A model generated the notes under the pieces. The model did not search any database. It worked only from the letters and a program-made list of their open reading frames with translations, and had not been told where the DNA came from. Below, one piece after another: positions 9,418 to 22,525 of a stretch of DNA of 64,000 nucleotides (position 1 is the first letter of the stretch; each line of letters begins with the position of its first letter). The stretch is from NCBI GenBank assembly GCA_026393035.1, contig JAPLAY010000004.1:593-64592 (forward strand). The letters are read 5' to 3'. A program made the position numbers and the translations under genes. This DNA comes from Actinomycetota bacterium (GTDB lineage Bacteria; Actinomycetota; Actinomycetes; Nanopelagicales; Nanopelagicaceae).

Positions 9418-10548
9418 ATGGCAAAGTTAAAACCAATCTTAAAGCGACCAACTCTTAAGAGAAAAAAGAAGGCTGTTCCTGTTGAAGATTTTGGGACGAT
9501 TGGTGAGCCGCTAAATCATTCACACCCCTTCTACTTCGGATTTCTTGCCGCGTCTGGCGCAGTTATCGCCATCACACTACTTCGCGCCTTGGCATCAGCA
9601 AGTCAGATCTTTGTTCTTATTGTTATTTCACTCTTCTTCGCGATGGGTCTCAACCCAGCTGTACTCTTTTTTGAGCGTCGCGGTTTAAATCGGAGTAAAG
9701 CAGTAGCTGTTACCGTGGCCTTTGTTATTGGATTTGTGGGCATATTTATCTGGGTTGCAGCTCCCCTGATTATTGATCAAGTCAACGCCCTAATTCATAA
9801 CGCCCCGCAACTTATCTCTGATCTGAAAAGTAACGGAACGATTAATGATTTGAATAATAACTATGGCGTCATTGACACGATTCAAGCCAAAGTTCAATCA
9901 TCTATAAAAGATGGAAAGTTTGTAATTGGCGCATTTGGCGGCGTAATCGGCGTTGGCAAAGCAGTCATCTCTGGTGCGCTTTCGGTGTTAACCATCTTGG
10001 TATTAACCCTCTACTTCTTGGCCGCACTTCCAACTGTGACCCAAGATGCCTATCGCCTGGTTCCTGCAAGTCGTCGGGAGCGCGTTGCAAAGATTAGCGA
10101 TGCGATCATCTTCCGAGTTGGCGCCTTCGTTGGCGGCCAAATCACAATCTCGTTCTTCGCAAGTATCTTTATCTTCATACTTGGATTAGTCCTTGATCTA
10201 CCTTATAAATCTGCGCTAGCCCTTGTGGTATTTGTCTGCGGCTTAATTCCATTAATTGGCCACTTCATCGGCATGACAATCGTTACGTTAATCGCACTTA
10301 CCGATTCACCACTAATCGCTGCCATCGCCTTGGCTTCATACATAATTTATGTGCAATTTGAGAACTATGTTTTAACTCCAAGAGTTATGAAGCGATCACT
10401 TTCAATACCTGGACTCGTAACAATCATCGCCGCACTTATTGGAACTTCATTACTTGGATTAGTTGGCGGAATTCTTGCTGTCCCACTAGCGGCTGCAGTG
10501 CTATTAATTCTTGATGAAGTCGTCTACCCGCAGGCGGATAAGAACTAA
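9418..10548 (+). CDS. AI-2E family transporter
   Basis: Multi-TM; LIPLIG, QFENYVLTPRVM, GGILAVP. Confidence 0.9.
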   Translation: MAKLKPILKRPTLKRKKKAVPVEDFGTIGEPLNHSHPFYFGFLAASGAVIAITLLRALASASQIFVLIVISLFFAMGLNPAVLFFERRGLNRSKAVAVTVAFVIGFVGIFIWVAAPLIIDQVNALIHNAPQLISDLKSNGTINDLNNNYGVIDTIQAKVQSSIKDGKFVIGAFGGVIGVGKAVISGALSVLTILVLTLYFLAALPTVTQDAYRLVPASRRERVAKISDAIIFRVGAFVGGQITISFFASIFIFILGLVLDLPYKSALALVVFVCGLIPLIGHFIGMTIVTLIALTDSPLIAAIALASYIIYVQFENYVLTPRVMKRSLSIPGLVTIIAALIGTSLLGLVGGILAVPLAAAVLLILDEVVYPQADKN

Positions 10549-11255
10549 AACTGCGTTGGTAGCGGCAAGCTTTCTGGTGCGATAATTTTCGTAATCTCGC
10601 TCAAAACTCGATAGACCGCAGGTTCGCCGACCCAGAGATGTTTTGCCTCATCTACATTTATCAAATCAATCTGGGAAACAATTTCAAATGCTTTCGCTGC
10701 GGCAGCCGGTTGTAAGTAGTCATCAAATTCTGGAATTAGTGCTGTTATTGGTCTGCCATCTTTCGCCCAGAATTCGAGATCACTTAATTCTGAAGTTCTA
10801 AGTGGTGGGCTCAATAAAATTAGCCCAATGACTCTTGGGTCTCGTGCAAACTTAAGTGCAAGATCTGTTCCAAAAGACCAACCCATGACCCAAAGTTTTT
10901 CTACACCGAGTTCGTTAAAAGAGAATTCAATTGCAGCTTCAACATCAAACTTTTCGGTTACGCCTTCGCCAAAACTTCCTTCACTTGTTCCCACTTCGGA
11001 TGTTGTTCCTCTGCTGTTAAATCTAATAATTTCGATTCCAGCCATTGCCGGCAATCTATTAGAGGCTTTTTTGTAAATATGGCTATCCATCATTCCCCCA
11101 GCAGTAGGCAGTGGGTGCAAGGCGAGGATTGAGCCATTGCGCACGCCAATCGGTGTGGCTACTTCCCCGATTAGATTTAGGCCATCGGCTGTGTGAATTC
11201 TTATTGGGCGGCGATTAGCCGGCAACACAGTGCTGGGACGTATTAACTCTGACAC
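10545..11255 (-). CDS. Alpha/beta hydrolase
   Basis: HPLPTAGGMMDSH, nucleophile GWSFG, E-F-D-D, KHLWVG. Confidence 0.88.
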   Translation of the reverse strand: MSELIRPSTVLPANRRPIRIHTADGLNLIGEVATPIGVRNGSILALHPLPTAGGMMDSHIYKKASNRLPAMAGIEIIRFNSRGTTSEVGTSEGSFGEGVTEKFDVEAAIEFSFNELGVEKLWVMGWSFGTDLALKFARDPRVIGLILLSPPLRTSELSDLEFWAKDGRPITALIPEFDDYLQPAAAAKAFEIVSQIDLINVDEAKHLWVGEPAVYRVLSEITKIIAPESLPLPTQF

Positions 11256-11277
11256 AAAATAAGTTTAGTCTTATGCA

Positions 11278-12765
11278 ATGGAAACCATTACATCTCAAAC
11301 ATCCCAAACATTTGAAAGCCACAATCCAGTCGATGCAAGTGTGATTGCGAGCTATCCAAATACCTCGCCCGCCGAAGTAAATGCGGCAGTAGATCGAGCA
11401 CGCGTGGCTAGCGTGGCTTGGCAGGCACTTGGCTTTGGCGGCCGCCGAAAAGTTCTCTTGAAATGGGCCGCAGAGATCACGAAACAAGTTGATGAGATTG
11501 CCGAGATTGTTCGCACCGAGACTGGTAAACCAATAAGTGATGCAACGTTAGAAACAACGCTTGCACTTGGGCATTTAGCTTGGGCTGCGAAGCATGCAGA
11601 AAGCGTCTTATCAAAACAACATCGACCATCAGGTTTATTGATGTTCAATATGAAAACAAATGTAACAAGAGTTCCAATGGGCGTTGTTGGAGTTATTGGT
11701 CCCTGGAACTATCCAATCTTTACTCCGATGGGTTCAATTGCATACGCACTTGCAGCAGGAAATACCGTTGTCTTCAAACCAAGTGAATACACACCAGGTG
11801 TCGGGCACTGGCTTGCAACTAGCTTTGCAAACATCGCACCGTTTGCCGATATTTTTACTTGTGTAACTGGCTTGCCTGAAACTGGAAAGGCACTTACCGA
11901 AGCTGCTGTAGATAAAATTTCATTCACCGGCTCGACTAGAACAGCGAAGAAAGTTGCCGCATCGTGTGCCGAGCGGATGGTTCCAGTTGTTCTTGAATGT
12001 GGTGGCAAAGATCCAGTACTGGTTGCAGCAGATGCCGATATCAATCGCGCTGCAGAATATGCCCTCTGGTCTGCTATGTCCAACGCGGGACAAACATGTA
12101 TCGGCGCTGAAAGAGTTTATGTTGTCAACGAAGTCGCCGATAAATTTATTGCGAAGATAACTGAATTAGCTAAGCAGATTCATCCAGGCAAAGATGGAAA
12201 TTACGGACCTTCAACTATGCCTTCACAATTAAAAGTAATCCAGAGCCATATTGATGATGCGGCTTCAAAGGGTGCGAAGTTTGTAGTCGGTGGTGTTGAT
12301 TCAGTTAAGGCGCCATTTGTGGAACCAGTAATAATGATTGACGTTCCAGAGAATTCAACAGCAGTAACTGAAGAAACTTTTGGACCCACTCTTGTAATTA
12401 ATAGAACTGCAGATATGGCTGAAGCTATTCGCTTAGCAAATGCCACTAGATATGGCCTTGCCGCATCTGTCTGGTCAAAGCGCAATGGCGAGAAAATAGC
12501 TTCCCAACTTCAATGCGGAATGGTCTCTGTTAACTCTGTAATTGCCTTTGCCGCAATTGCATCCGTGCCATTTGGCGGCGTAAAAGATAGTGGATACGGT
12601 CGAATTCATGGACCTGAAGGTTTAATGGAGTTCACATATCCAAGAACAGTTGTTAAAACACTATTTAATATTCCAATAGTGTTCACTACATTTGGTCGAA
12701 CTAAGTTTGCAGATAAATTTATAAAGGTTGCGATAAAGACTCTGCACTCAAAAGGTATTGGCTAA
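11278..12765 (+). CDS. Aldehyde dehydrogenase family protein
   Basis: PWNYP, KPSE, FTGS, LECGGKD, GQTC, EETFGP, PFGGVKDSG. Confidence 0.95.
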   Translation: METITSQTSQTFESHNPVDASVIASYPNTSPAEVNAAVDRARVASVAWQALGFGGRRKVLLKWAAEITKQVDEIAEIVRTETGKPISDATLETTLALGHLAWAAKHAESVLSKQHRPSGLLMFNMKTNVTRVPMGVVGVIGPWNYPIFTPMGSIAYALAAGNTVVFKPSEYTPGVGHWLATSFANIAPFADIFTCVTGLPETGKALTEAAVDKISFTGSTRTAKKVAASCAERMVPVVLECGGKDPVLVAADADINRAAEYALWSAMSNAGQTCIGAERVYVVNEVADKFIAKITELAKQIHPGKDGNYGPSTMPSQLKVIQSHIDDAASKGAKFVVGGVDSVKAPFVEPVIMIDVPENSTAVTEETFGPTLVINRTADMAEAIRLANATRYGLAASVWSKRNGEKIASQLQCGMVSVNSVIAFAAIASVPFGGVKDSGYGRIHGPEGLMEFTYPRTVVKTLFNIPIVFTTFGRTKFADKFIKVAIKTLHSKGIG

Positions 12766-12768
12766 AAC

Positions 12769-13092
12769 TTAATAACGCGGTGCGCCTTTTGATCTAAGAG
12801 TTCTTGGTTTGCGATCGCCGCGCTTGGTCCAACATACGGTGTGCCAATGCCTGCGCGATTCAACATCTTCTTCAAGCCAGGCAACCGTGTGTGGTGTTGC
12901 AGTTGGAATTAATTGATCGCAACCAGGACAGCGATAAGGCTTTGTAGAAGTTGAACCAGTTATACGTCGTACTCTAAAAACACCCTCTGAATGCTCTTCA
13001 ATTGATTCACTAGATAGCGAAATGTCGCGCTCTTCATCGCTATCTGTAGCCCGCTTCTGGGAGCGCTTAGGATGATTTCTACGTGGACTCAC
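12769..13092 (-). CDS. Conserved actinobacterial small protein with putative Zn site
   Basis: KPYRCPGCDQ..H.VAW..RRHWH..CW; likely start GTG 13092 (MSPRRN). Confidence 0.75.
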   Translation of the reverse strand: MSPRRNHPKRSQKRATDSDEERDISLSSESIEEHSEGVFRVRRITGSTSTKPYRCPGCDQLIPTATPHTVAWLEEDVESRRHWHTVCWTKRGDRKPRTLRSKGAPRY

Positions 13093-13149
13093 AGCCTTAT
13101 TCTCTCGCAGCCATTCCGTAATTCCCAACTTTTAGGGCAGGATATTGAC

Positions 13150-14019
13150 GTGGCAAATGAATCAGCAATATCTGTTCGCGGCCTTACCAAGACTTACACC
13201 TCAAAGGCCAATGGTTCAAAAGTAGCCGTTGCAGGCATTGATCTTGAAGTTACGAAGGGCGAGATCTTTGCAATCCTCGGCCCTAATGGCGCCGGCAAAA
13301 CCACAACAGTTGAAATTCTTGAGGGCTATCGAGATCGCGATGGCGGCGAAGTTAAAGTTCTCGGCAAAGATCCCGCAAAACTTGGCACCGATAGTTGGGC
13401 TTGGCGAAATCGTATTGGCATAGTTTTGCAGTCAACTAATGACTCCCAAGATTTGTCGGTATCTGAAACTGTTAGCCACTTTGCAAATTATTATTCCAAT
13501 CCCCGGGATTCTGATTCAGTAATTCACGATGTTGGCTTAGATGAGAAAAAGAACGCCAGAATTCAAAGCCTCTCCGGTGGCCAGCGCAGACGTCTCGATG
13601 TTGCGCTCGGCATCATTGGAAACCCAGAGATTTTATTTCTAGATGAACCAACAACTGGCTTTGATCCAGAAGCTAGACGCGCTTTCTGGGATTTAATCCG
13701 CAATCTGCGCGATGAGGGAAGAACGATTCTGCTCACAACTCATTATCTGGATGAAGCAGAAGCTTTGGCCGATCGAGTTGCGGTAATAGTCGATGGAAAG
13801 ATAGTTGAAGTTTCTACGCCAGGAAATCTTGGTGGTAGAAATACTGCAAAGGCTCGGATTAGCTGGCTTGAGAACGGTTCTAAACAAGAGATTGAAAGTG
13901 ACTTTCCGGCAGCCGAAGTTGCAAAACTATCTGCAAAATTTGGTGGCGAAGTTCCAGAGCTAACTGTGATTCGACCATCACTTGAAGATATTTACTTAAA
14001 AATGATTGGGCAATTATGA
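13150..14019 (+). CDS. ABC transporter ATP-binding protein (ABC-2/drug-export type)
   Basis: [22 protein letters not shown]; GTG start at 13150. Confidence 0.93.
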   Translation: MANESAISVRGLTKTYTSKANGSKVAVAGIDLEVTKGEIFAILGPNGAGKTTTVEILEGYRDRDGGEVKVLGKDPAKLGTDSWAWRNRIGIVLQSTNDSQDLSVSETVSHFANYYSNPRDSDSVIHDVGLDEKKNARIQSLSGGQRRRLDVALGIIGNPEILFLDEPTTGFDPEARRAFWDLIRNLRDEGRTILLTTHYLDEAEALADRVAVIVDGKIVEVSTPGNLGGRNTAKARISWLENGSKQEIESDFPAAEVAKLSAKFGGEVPELTVIRPSLEDIYLKMIGQL

Positions 14020-14804
14020 GACCAAACATTATTAAGGTTGGTTTCCTTCGTGGCGGCCTAGAGATAAAACAATTCATGCGCCAGCGAGAATCTGTTGTAT
14101 TCACCCTTCTCTTTCCAGTCATGTTGTTATTCATTTTCGGTTCGGTCTTTAAAGGTGATCTCGCGCCAGGTGTAACTTTTAGCCAATACTTTGTCGCTGG
14201 AATGATTGCATCGGGCCTTGTTAATACTGGTTTCCAACAGCTCGCGATCATGATTCCAATTGAGCGAGATTTCGGAACTTTAAAACGCCTTCGCGGAACT
14301 CCGGTCTCACCAATTTCATATTTCATTGGAAAAGCGATTCTGGTTTTCACCGCAATGATTGTTCAAGTAGGCGCACTTATGGCATTTGGCGCAGCCTTAT
14401 TTGGATTAAATCTTCCAAACACAACCGAGAGATGGCTACGTTTTGCCTGGCTTATTCTTCTTGGAAGTATCTGTTCCACAATTCTAGGAATTGCCTTCTC
14501 GGCAGTGCCGAAGAATGGCCGTGGTGCATCAGCAGTGGTCTCCCCAATTGTGATCATTCTGCAATTCTTTAGTGGTGTCTTCTTTGTTTTCTCTACCTTG
14601 CCACAATGGATGCAACAATTCGCAGCACTCTTCCCGCTTAAGTGGCTGACTCAAGGTATGCGTTCAGTGTTTCTTCCAGAATCATTTGCTACGCAAGAAG
14701 TTGCAAAGAGTTGGGAAATCCCACAGATCGCAATCGTCTTACTGGTCTGGACTGTGCTTGGCACAATTTTGGCGCTTAAGAGTTTTAGGTGGTCAGATAA
14801 GTGA
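14016..14804 (+). CDS. ABC-2 type permease
   Basis: Six TM; ERDFGTLKRLRGTP; ATGA overlap with the ATPase. Confidence 0.9.
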   Translation: MRPNIIKVGFLRGGLEIKQFMRQRESVVFTLLFPVMLLFIFGSVFKGDLAPGVTFSQYFVAGMIASGLVNTGFQQLAIMIPIERDFGTLKRLRGTPVSPISYFIGKAILVFTAMIVQVGALMAFGAALFGLNLPNTTERWLRFAWLILLGSICSTILGIAFSAVPKNGRGASAVVSPIVIILQFFSGVFFVFSTLPQWMQQFAALFPLKWLTQGMRSVFLPESFATQEVAKSWEIPQIAIVLLVWTVLGTILALKSFRWSDK

Positions 14805-15460
14805 AGCGGTTAATAGCTGTTGTTATTGCACTTTCCCTAATTATCCCGGGGCAAGCCAGCGCAGCTACAAAAAAGCCAACTCCCAAACCAACTACTTCTA
14901 AACCTAAAGTTGTTACTAAGCCGGTTGTGAAAAAACCTGCGACAAAAACGCCAGTGGTTAAGAAGAAGCCAGTGGTGAAGAAGAAGTATGTTCCAAGAAA
15001 GAAGAAGCGTGTAACTCTTAAGCCAAAGGCGCCGATTAAATGGCCACCACCTGGTTTTGAAAAGAAAGATTCGCTCTACGCAAAGACTGCTACTCCGAAA
15101 GAACTTGGAATTGCGGGAACTGAGAATAGATATATTCAGAAGAATTTGATAGATAACTGCCACAAAGTTGCTTGCCTTGGCATCTTCGTTGGCTCTGAGA
15201 CGGGCTGTGATTGGTGGGAGATAAATTCAAATGTCTTGGGTGTTGATCCTGCAGATTCAACCCAAAGAATTATTTATGGTTCACTAACAACCCTGGCGCC
15301 AGGCAGTTCAGCTAAGAAAGTTACTGCAATACTTTTAATCAGCGATGAACCAATCGCAGATGGCTTAGGAATTGGCGCATATACGGCAAATTGTAGAATC
15401 GGAACACCAACGCAAAAGGTTCCAAGCAATACCTATACAAAGAGCCCAACTAGAAGTTAG
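14801..15460 (+). CDS. Secreted hypothetical protein, Lys/Pro-rich stalk plus Cys-containing domain
   Basis: Signal peptide ending ASA-A, K/P/V/T low-complexity tract, four Cys in the C-terminal part; GTGA overlap with the permease end. Confidence 0.7.
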   Translation: MKRLIAVVIALSLIIPGQASAATKKPTPKPTTSKPKVVTKPVVKKPATKTPVVKKKPVVKKKYVPRKKKRVTLKPKAPIKWPPPGFEKKDSLYAKTATPKELGIAGTENRYIQKNLIDNCHKVACLGIFVGSETGCDWWEINSNVLGVDPADSTQRIIYGSLTTLAPGSSAKKVTAILLISDEPIADGLGIGAYTANCRIGTPTQKVPSNTYTKSPTRS

Positions 15461-16032
15461 CGGTTTGCCCCTGGAACCCAGAGCACATCGCCTTGCTCCT
15501 TATTTTCATGACGGGCAAGAACAAAGAGTAAGTCTGAAAGTCGATTCAAATACTTCGCGGTTAGTGAATTAACCCCGCCACCAAATTGGTGAATCGCGTG
15601 CCAGGTATTTCGTTCCGCACGACGTGTCACAGTTCTTGCGACATGCAACAAAGCAGCAGCCGGCGTTCCAGAAGGGAGTACGAAACTACGAAGCTCTGCA
15701 AGCGATTTGTTATATAGATCGATCTGCTCTTCAAGGTATGAAACTTGGGATTCAATAACGCGAAGAGGTTCAATCTTTGGATCATCAATTACTGGTGTAC
15801 AAAGATCGGCGCCAACATCGAATAAATCATTTTGAATTCGGATTAAAAGTTTTGTAATTTGCGCATCCGCAATCTGACCAAGTGCCAGGACTACTCCGAT
15901 AGATGAGTTAGCTTCATCAACGGTTGCATAGGCTTCTAACCGTGGGTCATTCTTAGATGTACGGCTCATATCCCCAAGTGAGGTTGTTCCATCATCGCCA
16001 GTTTTTGTATAGATACGCGTTAGATTTACCAT
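15457..16032 (-). CDS. Cob(I)alamin adenosyltransferase, PduO type
   Basis: [32 protein letters not shown]. Confidence 0.95.
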   Translation of the reverse strand: MVNLTRIYTKTGDDGTTSLGDMSRTSKNDPRLEAYATVDEANSSIGVVLALGQIADAQITKLLIRIQNDLFDVGADLCTPVIDDPKIEPLRVIESQVSYLEEQIDLYNKSLAELRSFVLPSGTPAAALLHVARTVTRRAERNTWHAIHQFGGGVNSLTAKYLNRLSDLLFVLARHENKEQGDVLWVPGANR

Positions 16033-16097
16033 GGGTTGAGCCTAATTCACTCACTACGATTAGACCACTCGAAACCCACTACCCGGAGGTGATCACC

Positions 16098-17369
16098 ATG
16101 GAAAGTTCAAATGAATATTTCCAAATAGTTGGTGGCGCCCGCCTCGTCGGTGAAGTGCAGGTTCATGGCGCGAAGAATTCCGCCCTCAAATTAATGGCTG
16201 CCTCACTTCTAGCAGTTGGCGAAACAACAATTGAAAACGTTCCAGATATTGCCGATGTTCATATCATGGAAGAGTTGTTAACAAGACTTGGCTGTAAGTG
16301 TTCTTATGATCGTCAATTTTTGAGGATGAAAATACTGGTTCCAAAGGTCCCAGGTCATCGCGCAGATTACGATTTAGTTCGCAAGATGCGAGCCTCCATA
16401 AACGTTTTAGGTCCACTTGTGACAAGAGTCGGTGAAGTTGAAGTCGCACTACCCGGTGGCGATGCGATTGGTTCTCGCGGAATAGATTTCCATATCAAAG
16501 GACTTACTGATCTTGGTGCCGAAGCACACTCTGAACATGGTTATGTAATTGCTACCGCACCTAATGGTTTGACCGGCGCCGCAATATCTCTAGATTTTCC
16601 AAGTGTTGGCGCAACTGAAAATATTATGACCGCGGCTGTACTTGCAAAAGGCGTGACAACAATCGATAACGCCGCACGTGAACCCGATGTTGTTGATCTT
16701 GGTGAATTTCTAATTTCTATGGGCGCAAAGATTGAAGGACTTGGAACTCCAGTTATAACAATCACTGGTGTCAAAGAGTTACAACCAACTACTCACGCAA
16801 CTCTTGCTGATCGAATTGTTGCCGGTACCTGGGCATTTGCTGCGGTTATGACGCAAGGCGACATCACAATTCATGGTGGCCGAGCAGATCACTTAGAAGT
16901 TCCCTTAGATAAATTAGTCGCCGCAGGTGCAGTAATCACAACAACTCCTGATGGATTTAGGGTTCGCATGGATAAGCGCCCAACAGCAATAGATGTTGCA
17001 ACACTTCCCTACCCTGGTTTTGCGACCGATCTTCAACCATTTGTAATAACTATGAATGCAATTGCTGAAGGCAATTCAATAGTGACTGAGAATGTCTTTG
17101 AAGGTCGATTTATGTTCGTAAATGAACTACAACGCTTAGGTGCCGATATTCATGTCGATGGCCACCACGCCTCTATAACCGGCAAGAAACAACTATCTGG
17201 CGCTCCCGTTGCAGCTACTGATATTCGTGCTGGCGCGGGCTTAGTTCTTGCTGGATTGGTCAGTGATGGAATCACAACTGTAGAAGATGCATTCCATATT
17301 GATCGCGGATATCCCGGATTTGTTGAAGCACTGGTAAAACTTGGCGCTAAAGTTTCACGCCATATTTAA
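16098..17369 (+). CDS. murA: UDP-N-acetylglucosamine 1-carboxyvinyltransferase
   Basis: [35 protein letters not shown]; GGAGG RBS. Confidence 0.97.
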   Translation: MESSNEYFQIVGGARLVGEVQVHGAKNSALKLMAASLLAVGETTIENVPDIADVHIMEELLTRLGCKCSYDRQFLRMKILVPKVPGHRADYDLVRKMRASINVLGPLVTRVGEVEVALPGGDAIGSRGIDFHIKGLTDLGAEAHSEHGYVIATAPNGLTGAAISLDFPSVGATENIMTAAVLAKGVTTIDNAAREPDVVDLGEFLISMGAKIEGLGTPVITITGVKELQPTTHATLADRIVAGTWAFAAVMTQGDITIHGGRADHLEVPLDKLVAAGAVITTTPDGFRVRMDKRPTAIDVATLPYPGFATDLQPFVITMNAIAEGNSIVTENVFEGRFMFVNELQRLGADIHVDGHHASITGKKQLSGAPVAATDIRAGAGLVLAGLVSDGITTVEDAFHIDRGYPGFVEALVKLGAKVSRHI

Positions 17370-17381
17370 AGCTAAAAGTTT

Positions 17382-17639
17382 TTAGTCAGTTGATTCGCCG
17401 AGAATTGATACTCGGTTATTTGAAACAGAGATAAAACCACCGTGGATATTGAACTCTTGCGATGTGCCATCAGCAACTTTGATGCTGACTATGCCATCAA
17501 CTAGAACTCCAAGAAGCGGTGCGTGACCCGGCAAAACACCGATGTCACCTTCTAGCGTGCGAGCCGAAATCATATTCGCCTCGCCAGACCAGACCCGCTT
17601 CTCCGGAGATACAACTTCAACAGTTAGGTTTGTTGACAT
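17382..17639 (-). CDS. atpC: ATP synthase epsilon subunit (N-terminal domain only)
   Basis: VVSPE, GDIGVLPGHAP, GGF; follows atpD. Confidence 0.93.
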   Translation of the reverse strand: MSTNLTVEVVSPEKRVWSGEANMISARTLEGDIGVLPGHAPLLGVLVDGIVSIKVADGTSQEFNIHGGFISVSNNRVSILGESTD

Positions 17640-17643
17640 TTAA

Positions 17644-19988
<2,345 letters not shown>

Positions 19989-19992
19989 TTGG

Positions 19993-21630
19993 TTACTTGC
20001 TCACCTTCGGAACCTGACGTGTAATTTGTTCATTATCTTCGCCAGTTAGCGCTTCAGCCTTTGCTTCGTTTACTGGTGCAGAAGTGGATGAAGCGAATTG
20101 CTTTTTGAAAGTGTCAATTGCTTCTTGAAGAGAAGCAACAGTGTCATCTGTTAGCTCTCTAGTTGCAGAAATTACTTCAAAAATCTTTGAACGTTCACGG
20201 CCGATGAAATCAAGGAATTCTGATTCAAAGCGACGAATATCAGCGACAGGGATTGAGTCCATGTTGCCCGTTGTTCCGGCCCAGATTGATGCAGCCATAC
20301 GTTCTACTGAATAAGGTGAGTATTGACCTTGCTTCAATAGTTCAACCATTCGTGCACCGCGCTCAAGTTGAGACTTTGATGCAGCATCAAGGTCAGAACC
20401 AAATGCAGCGAATGCTTCAAGTTCACGATACTGAGCCAAGTCAAGACGCAGACGTCCTGCAATCTTCTTGATTGCCTTTGTCTGTGCTGAACCACCAACG
20501 CGAGATACCGAAATACCTACGTTGATAGCAGGACGAACACCTGCGTTGAAAAGATCTGTTTCAAGGAAGCACTGTCCATCGGTAATAGAAATTACGTTTG
20601 TCGGAATGAATGCTGAAACGTCGTTACCTTTTGTTTCGATGATTGGTAATCCGGTCATTGAACCGCCACCAAGTTCATCTGAAAGCTTTGCGCAACGTTC
20701 TAGTAGACGTGAGTGTAAGTAGAAAACGTCTCCTGGATAAGCTTCGCGGCCCGGTGGGCGTCGTAGCAATAGCGATACTGAACGATAAGCCTCAGCTTGT
20801 TTTGAAAGATCATCAAAAACAATAAGAACGTGCTCGCCCTTGTACATCCAGTGCTGACCAATTGCAGAACCGGTGTAAGGAGCTAAGTACTTGAAGCCTG
20901 CTGGATCTGATGCAGGAGATGCAACGATTGTTGTGTACTCCATTGCGCCAGCTTCTTCCAAAGCGCCCTTAACAGATGCAATGGTTGAACCTTTCTGACC
21001 AATAGCAACATAAATACATTTAACTTGCTTCTTTGGATCGCCAGATTTCCAGTTCTCTTTCTGGTTAATAATTGTGTCGATTGCAATTGCAGTCTTACCA
21101 GTTTGACGGTCACCAATAATAAGCTGACGCTGTCCGCGACCAATAGCTGTCATCGCATCAATCGCTTTGATACCGGTCTGCATTGGCTCTTTAACTGGTT
21201 GGCGTTGAACTACTGATGGTGCCTGAACTTCAAGTGCACGCTGTGCTTCGGCTTTGATTTCACCTTTGCCATCAATAGGACGACCAAGTGGATCAACAAC
21301 GCGACCAAGGAAGCCATCGCCAACAGGTACCGAGAGAATTTCACCTGTGCGACTAACGCTTGTGCCTTCTTCAATTCCAGTGAACTCTCCAAGAATAACT
21401 ACGCCGATTTCGCGCACATCGAGGTTTAGCGCTAACCCAAGTGTTCCATTTTCGAACTTAAGAAGTTCGTTGGTCATTGTTGAAGGCAGGCCTTCAACAC
21501 GGGCGATGCCATCGCCTGCTTCGGTTACTGTGCCAATCTCATCGCGTGCTGCGGCTCCCGGTTGATAAGAAGCAACGTGCTTTGCAAGCGCGTCGCGAAT
21601 CTCTTCGGGCCGGATCGTGAGTTCCGCCAT
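19993..21630 (-). CDS. atpA: ATP synthase alpha subunit
   Basis: [19 protein letters not shown]; start MAELTI at 21630 after AAGGAG. Confidence 0.99.
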   Translation of the reverse strand: MAELTIRPEEIRDALAKHVASYQPGAAARDEIGTVTEAGDGIARVEGLPSTMTNELLKFENGTLGLALNLDVREIGVVILGEFTGIEEGTSVSRTGEILSVPVGDGFLGRVVDPLGRPIDGKGEIKAEAQRALEVQAPSVVQRQPVKEPMQTGIKAIDAMTAIGRGQRQLIIGDRQTGKTAIAIDTIINQKENWKSGDPKKQVKCIYVAIGQKGSTIASVKGALEEAGAMEYTTIVASPASDPAGFKYLAPYTGSAIGQHWMYKGEHVLIVFDDLSKQAEAYRSVSLLLRRPPGREAYPGDVFYLHSRLLERCAKLSDELGGGSMTGLPIIETKGNDVSAFIPTNVISITDGQCFLETDLFNAGVRPAINVGISVSRVGGSAQTKAIKKIAGRLRLDLAQYRELEAFAAFGSDLDAASKSQLERGARMVELLKQGQYSPYSVERMAASIWAGTTGNMDSIPVADIRRFESEFLDFIGRERSKIFEVISATRELTDDTVASLQEAIDTFKKQFASSTSAPVNEAKAEALTGEDNEQITRQVPKVSK

Positions 21631-21697
21631 CTTTCTCTCCTTCAACTAATTCAGAACCACAAAGCGTGGGCTCTGAAACCTATTTATATTTTGCTAC

Positions 21698-22525
21698 TTA
21701 AGAGACCAGCGCGCGGCCGGCTTCTGCCAATCTATTTGAAATAGTGCCATCAATAATTTCATCACCAAATCGAATTGATATGCCACCAAGAATGCTTGGA
21801 TCAATTTCAATATTTAGATGTACTGGTTGACCAATTTGCGCTGTAAGTGAATCTGACAATTTCTTCTTCTGCCCATCGCTTAAAGCGATAGAAGACTTTA
21901 TATTCGCATTCACACGGTTGCGTCGTGCTGTTAAGGCATTTGCGTAGGCAGAAATTGATTTCTCAATACTTCGATTCCTTCTGCCCTCGACGCTCTTTGA
22001 AAGAAGTCGCAGGGATGAAGGTGTGAATTTTTGAGCGAAAATACTCTTTAAAAGTTCTTGCTTACGTACAACGGAATCTGCTCGATTTATTAGAGCCAAC
22101 CGAAGTTCTGGATTTTCTAGAATTATCTTTGAAAAACTAAACATCTCACTCAGTACTTGATCCAATTTATCTTCGAGGTTTGCCGCAGCTGCTTCTGCTT
22201 CAACCGCAATCTGCTCGATGGCGTCTGCAAGTTGTGCTGGATTAGACCAGCGCAGCGAAACCGCTTTTGAGAAAATCTCTAAAGTCTTTGCAGAGAGCAC
22301 CTTGCCAAATAAATTTGAGATTAATTCTGCCTTCGATGATGCATCTCTAGCTGGGTCAGTTAAAGCCCGGCGAAGTCCAGTAGAAGAATCCAAAGAACTC
22401 CAAATATGAAAGAGCTCCTCAGAAAGGGTGGCGCAATCTGCAGCAGAGAGATTTTTTAGTTTCTCATCCAAATTGTTGCGCAAGAGCGCAAGCGATTGTC
22501 TGCTACTTCCACCGAGAATAATCAT
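21698..22525 (-). CDS. atpH: ATP synthase delta subunit (long actinobacterial form)
   Basis: LRRALTDP, RWS, DPSILGG..IDGTI. Confidence 0.95.
   Translation of the reverse strand: MIILGGSSRQSLALLRNNLDEKLKNLSAADCATLSEELFHIWSSLDSSTGLRRALTDPARDASSKAELISNLFGKVLSAKTLEIFSKAVSLRWSNPAQLADAIEQIAVEAEAAAANLEDKLDQVLSEMFSFSKIILENPELRLALINRADSVVRKQELLKSIFAQKFTPSSLRLLSKSVEGRRNRSIEKSISAYANALTARRNRVNANIKSSIALSDGQKKKLSDSLTAQIGQPVHLNIEIDPSILGGISIRFGDEIIDGTISNRLAEAGRALVS

Noticed and set aside
13072-13149. Overlapping extended starts of the ABC ATPase and the divergent small gene
   Set aside because: GTG starts at 13150 and 13092 remove the overlap.
15957-16097. 47-aa extension of murA
   Set aside because: Overlaps the divergent adenosyltransferase gene; a GGAGG RBS supports ATG 16098.
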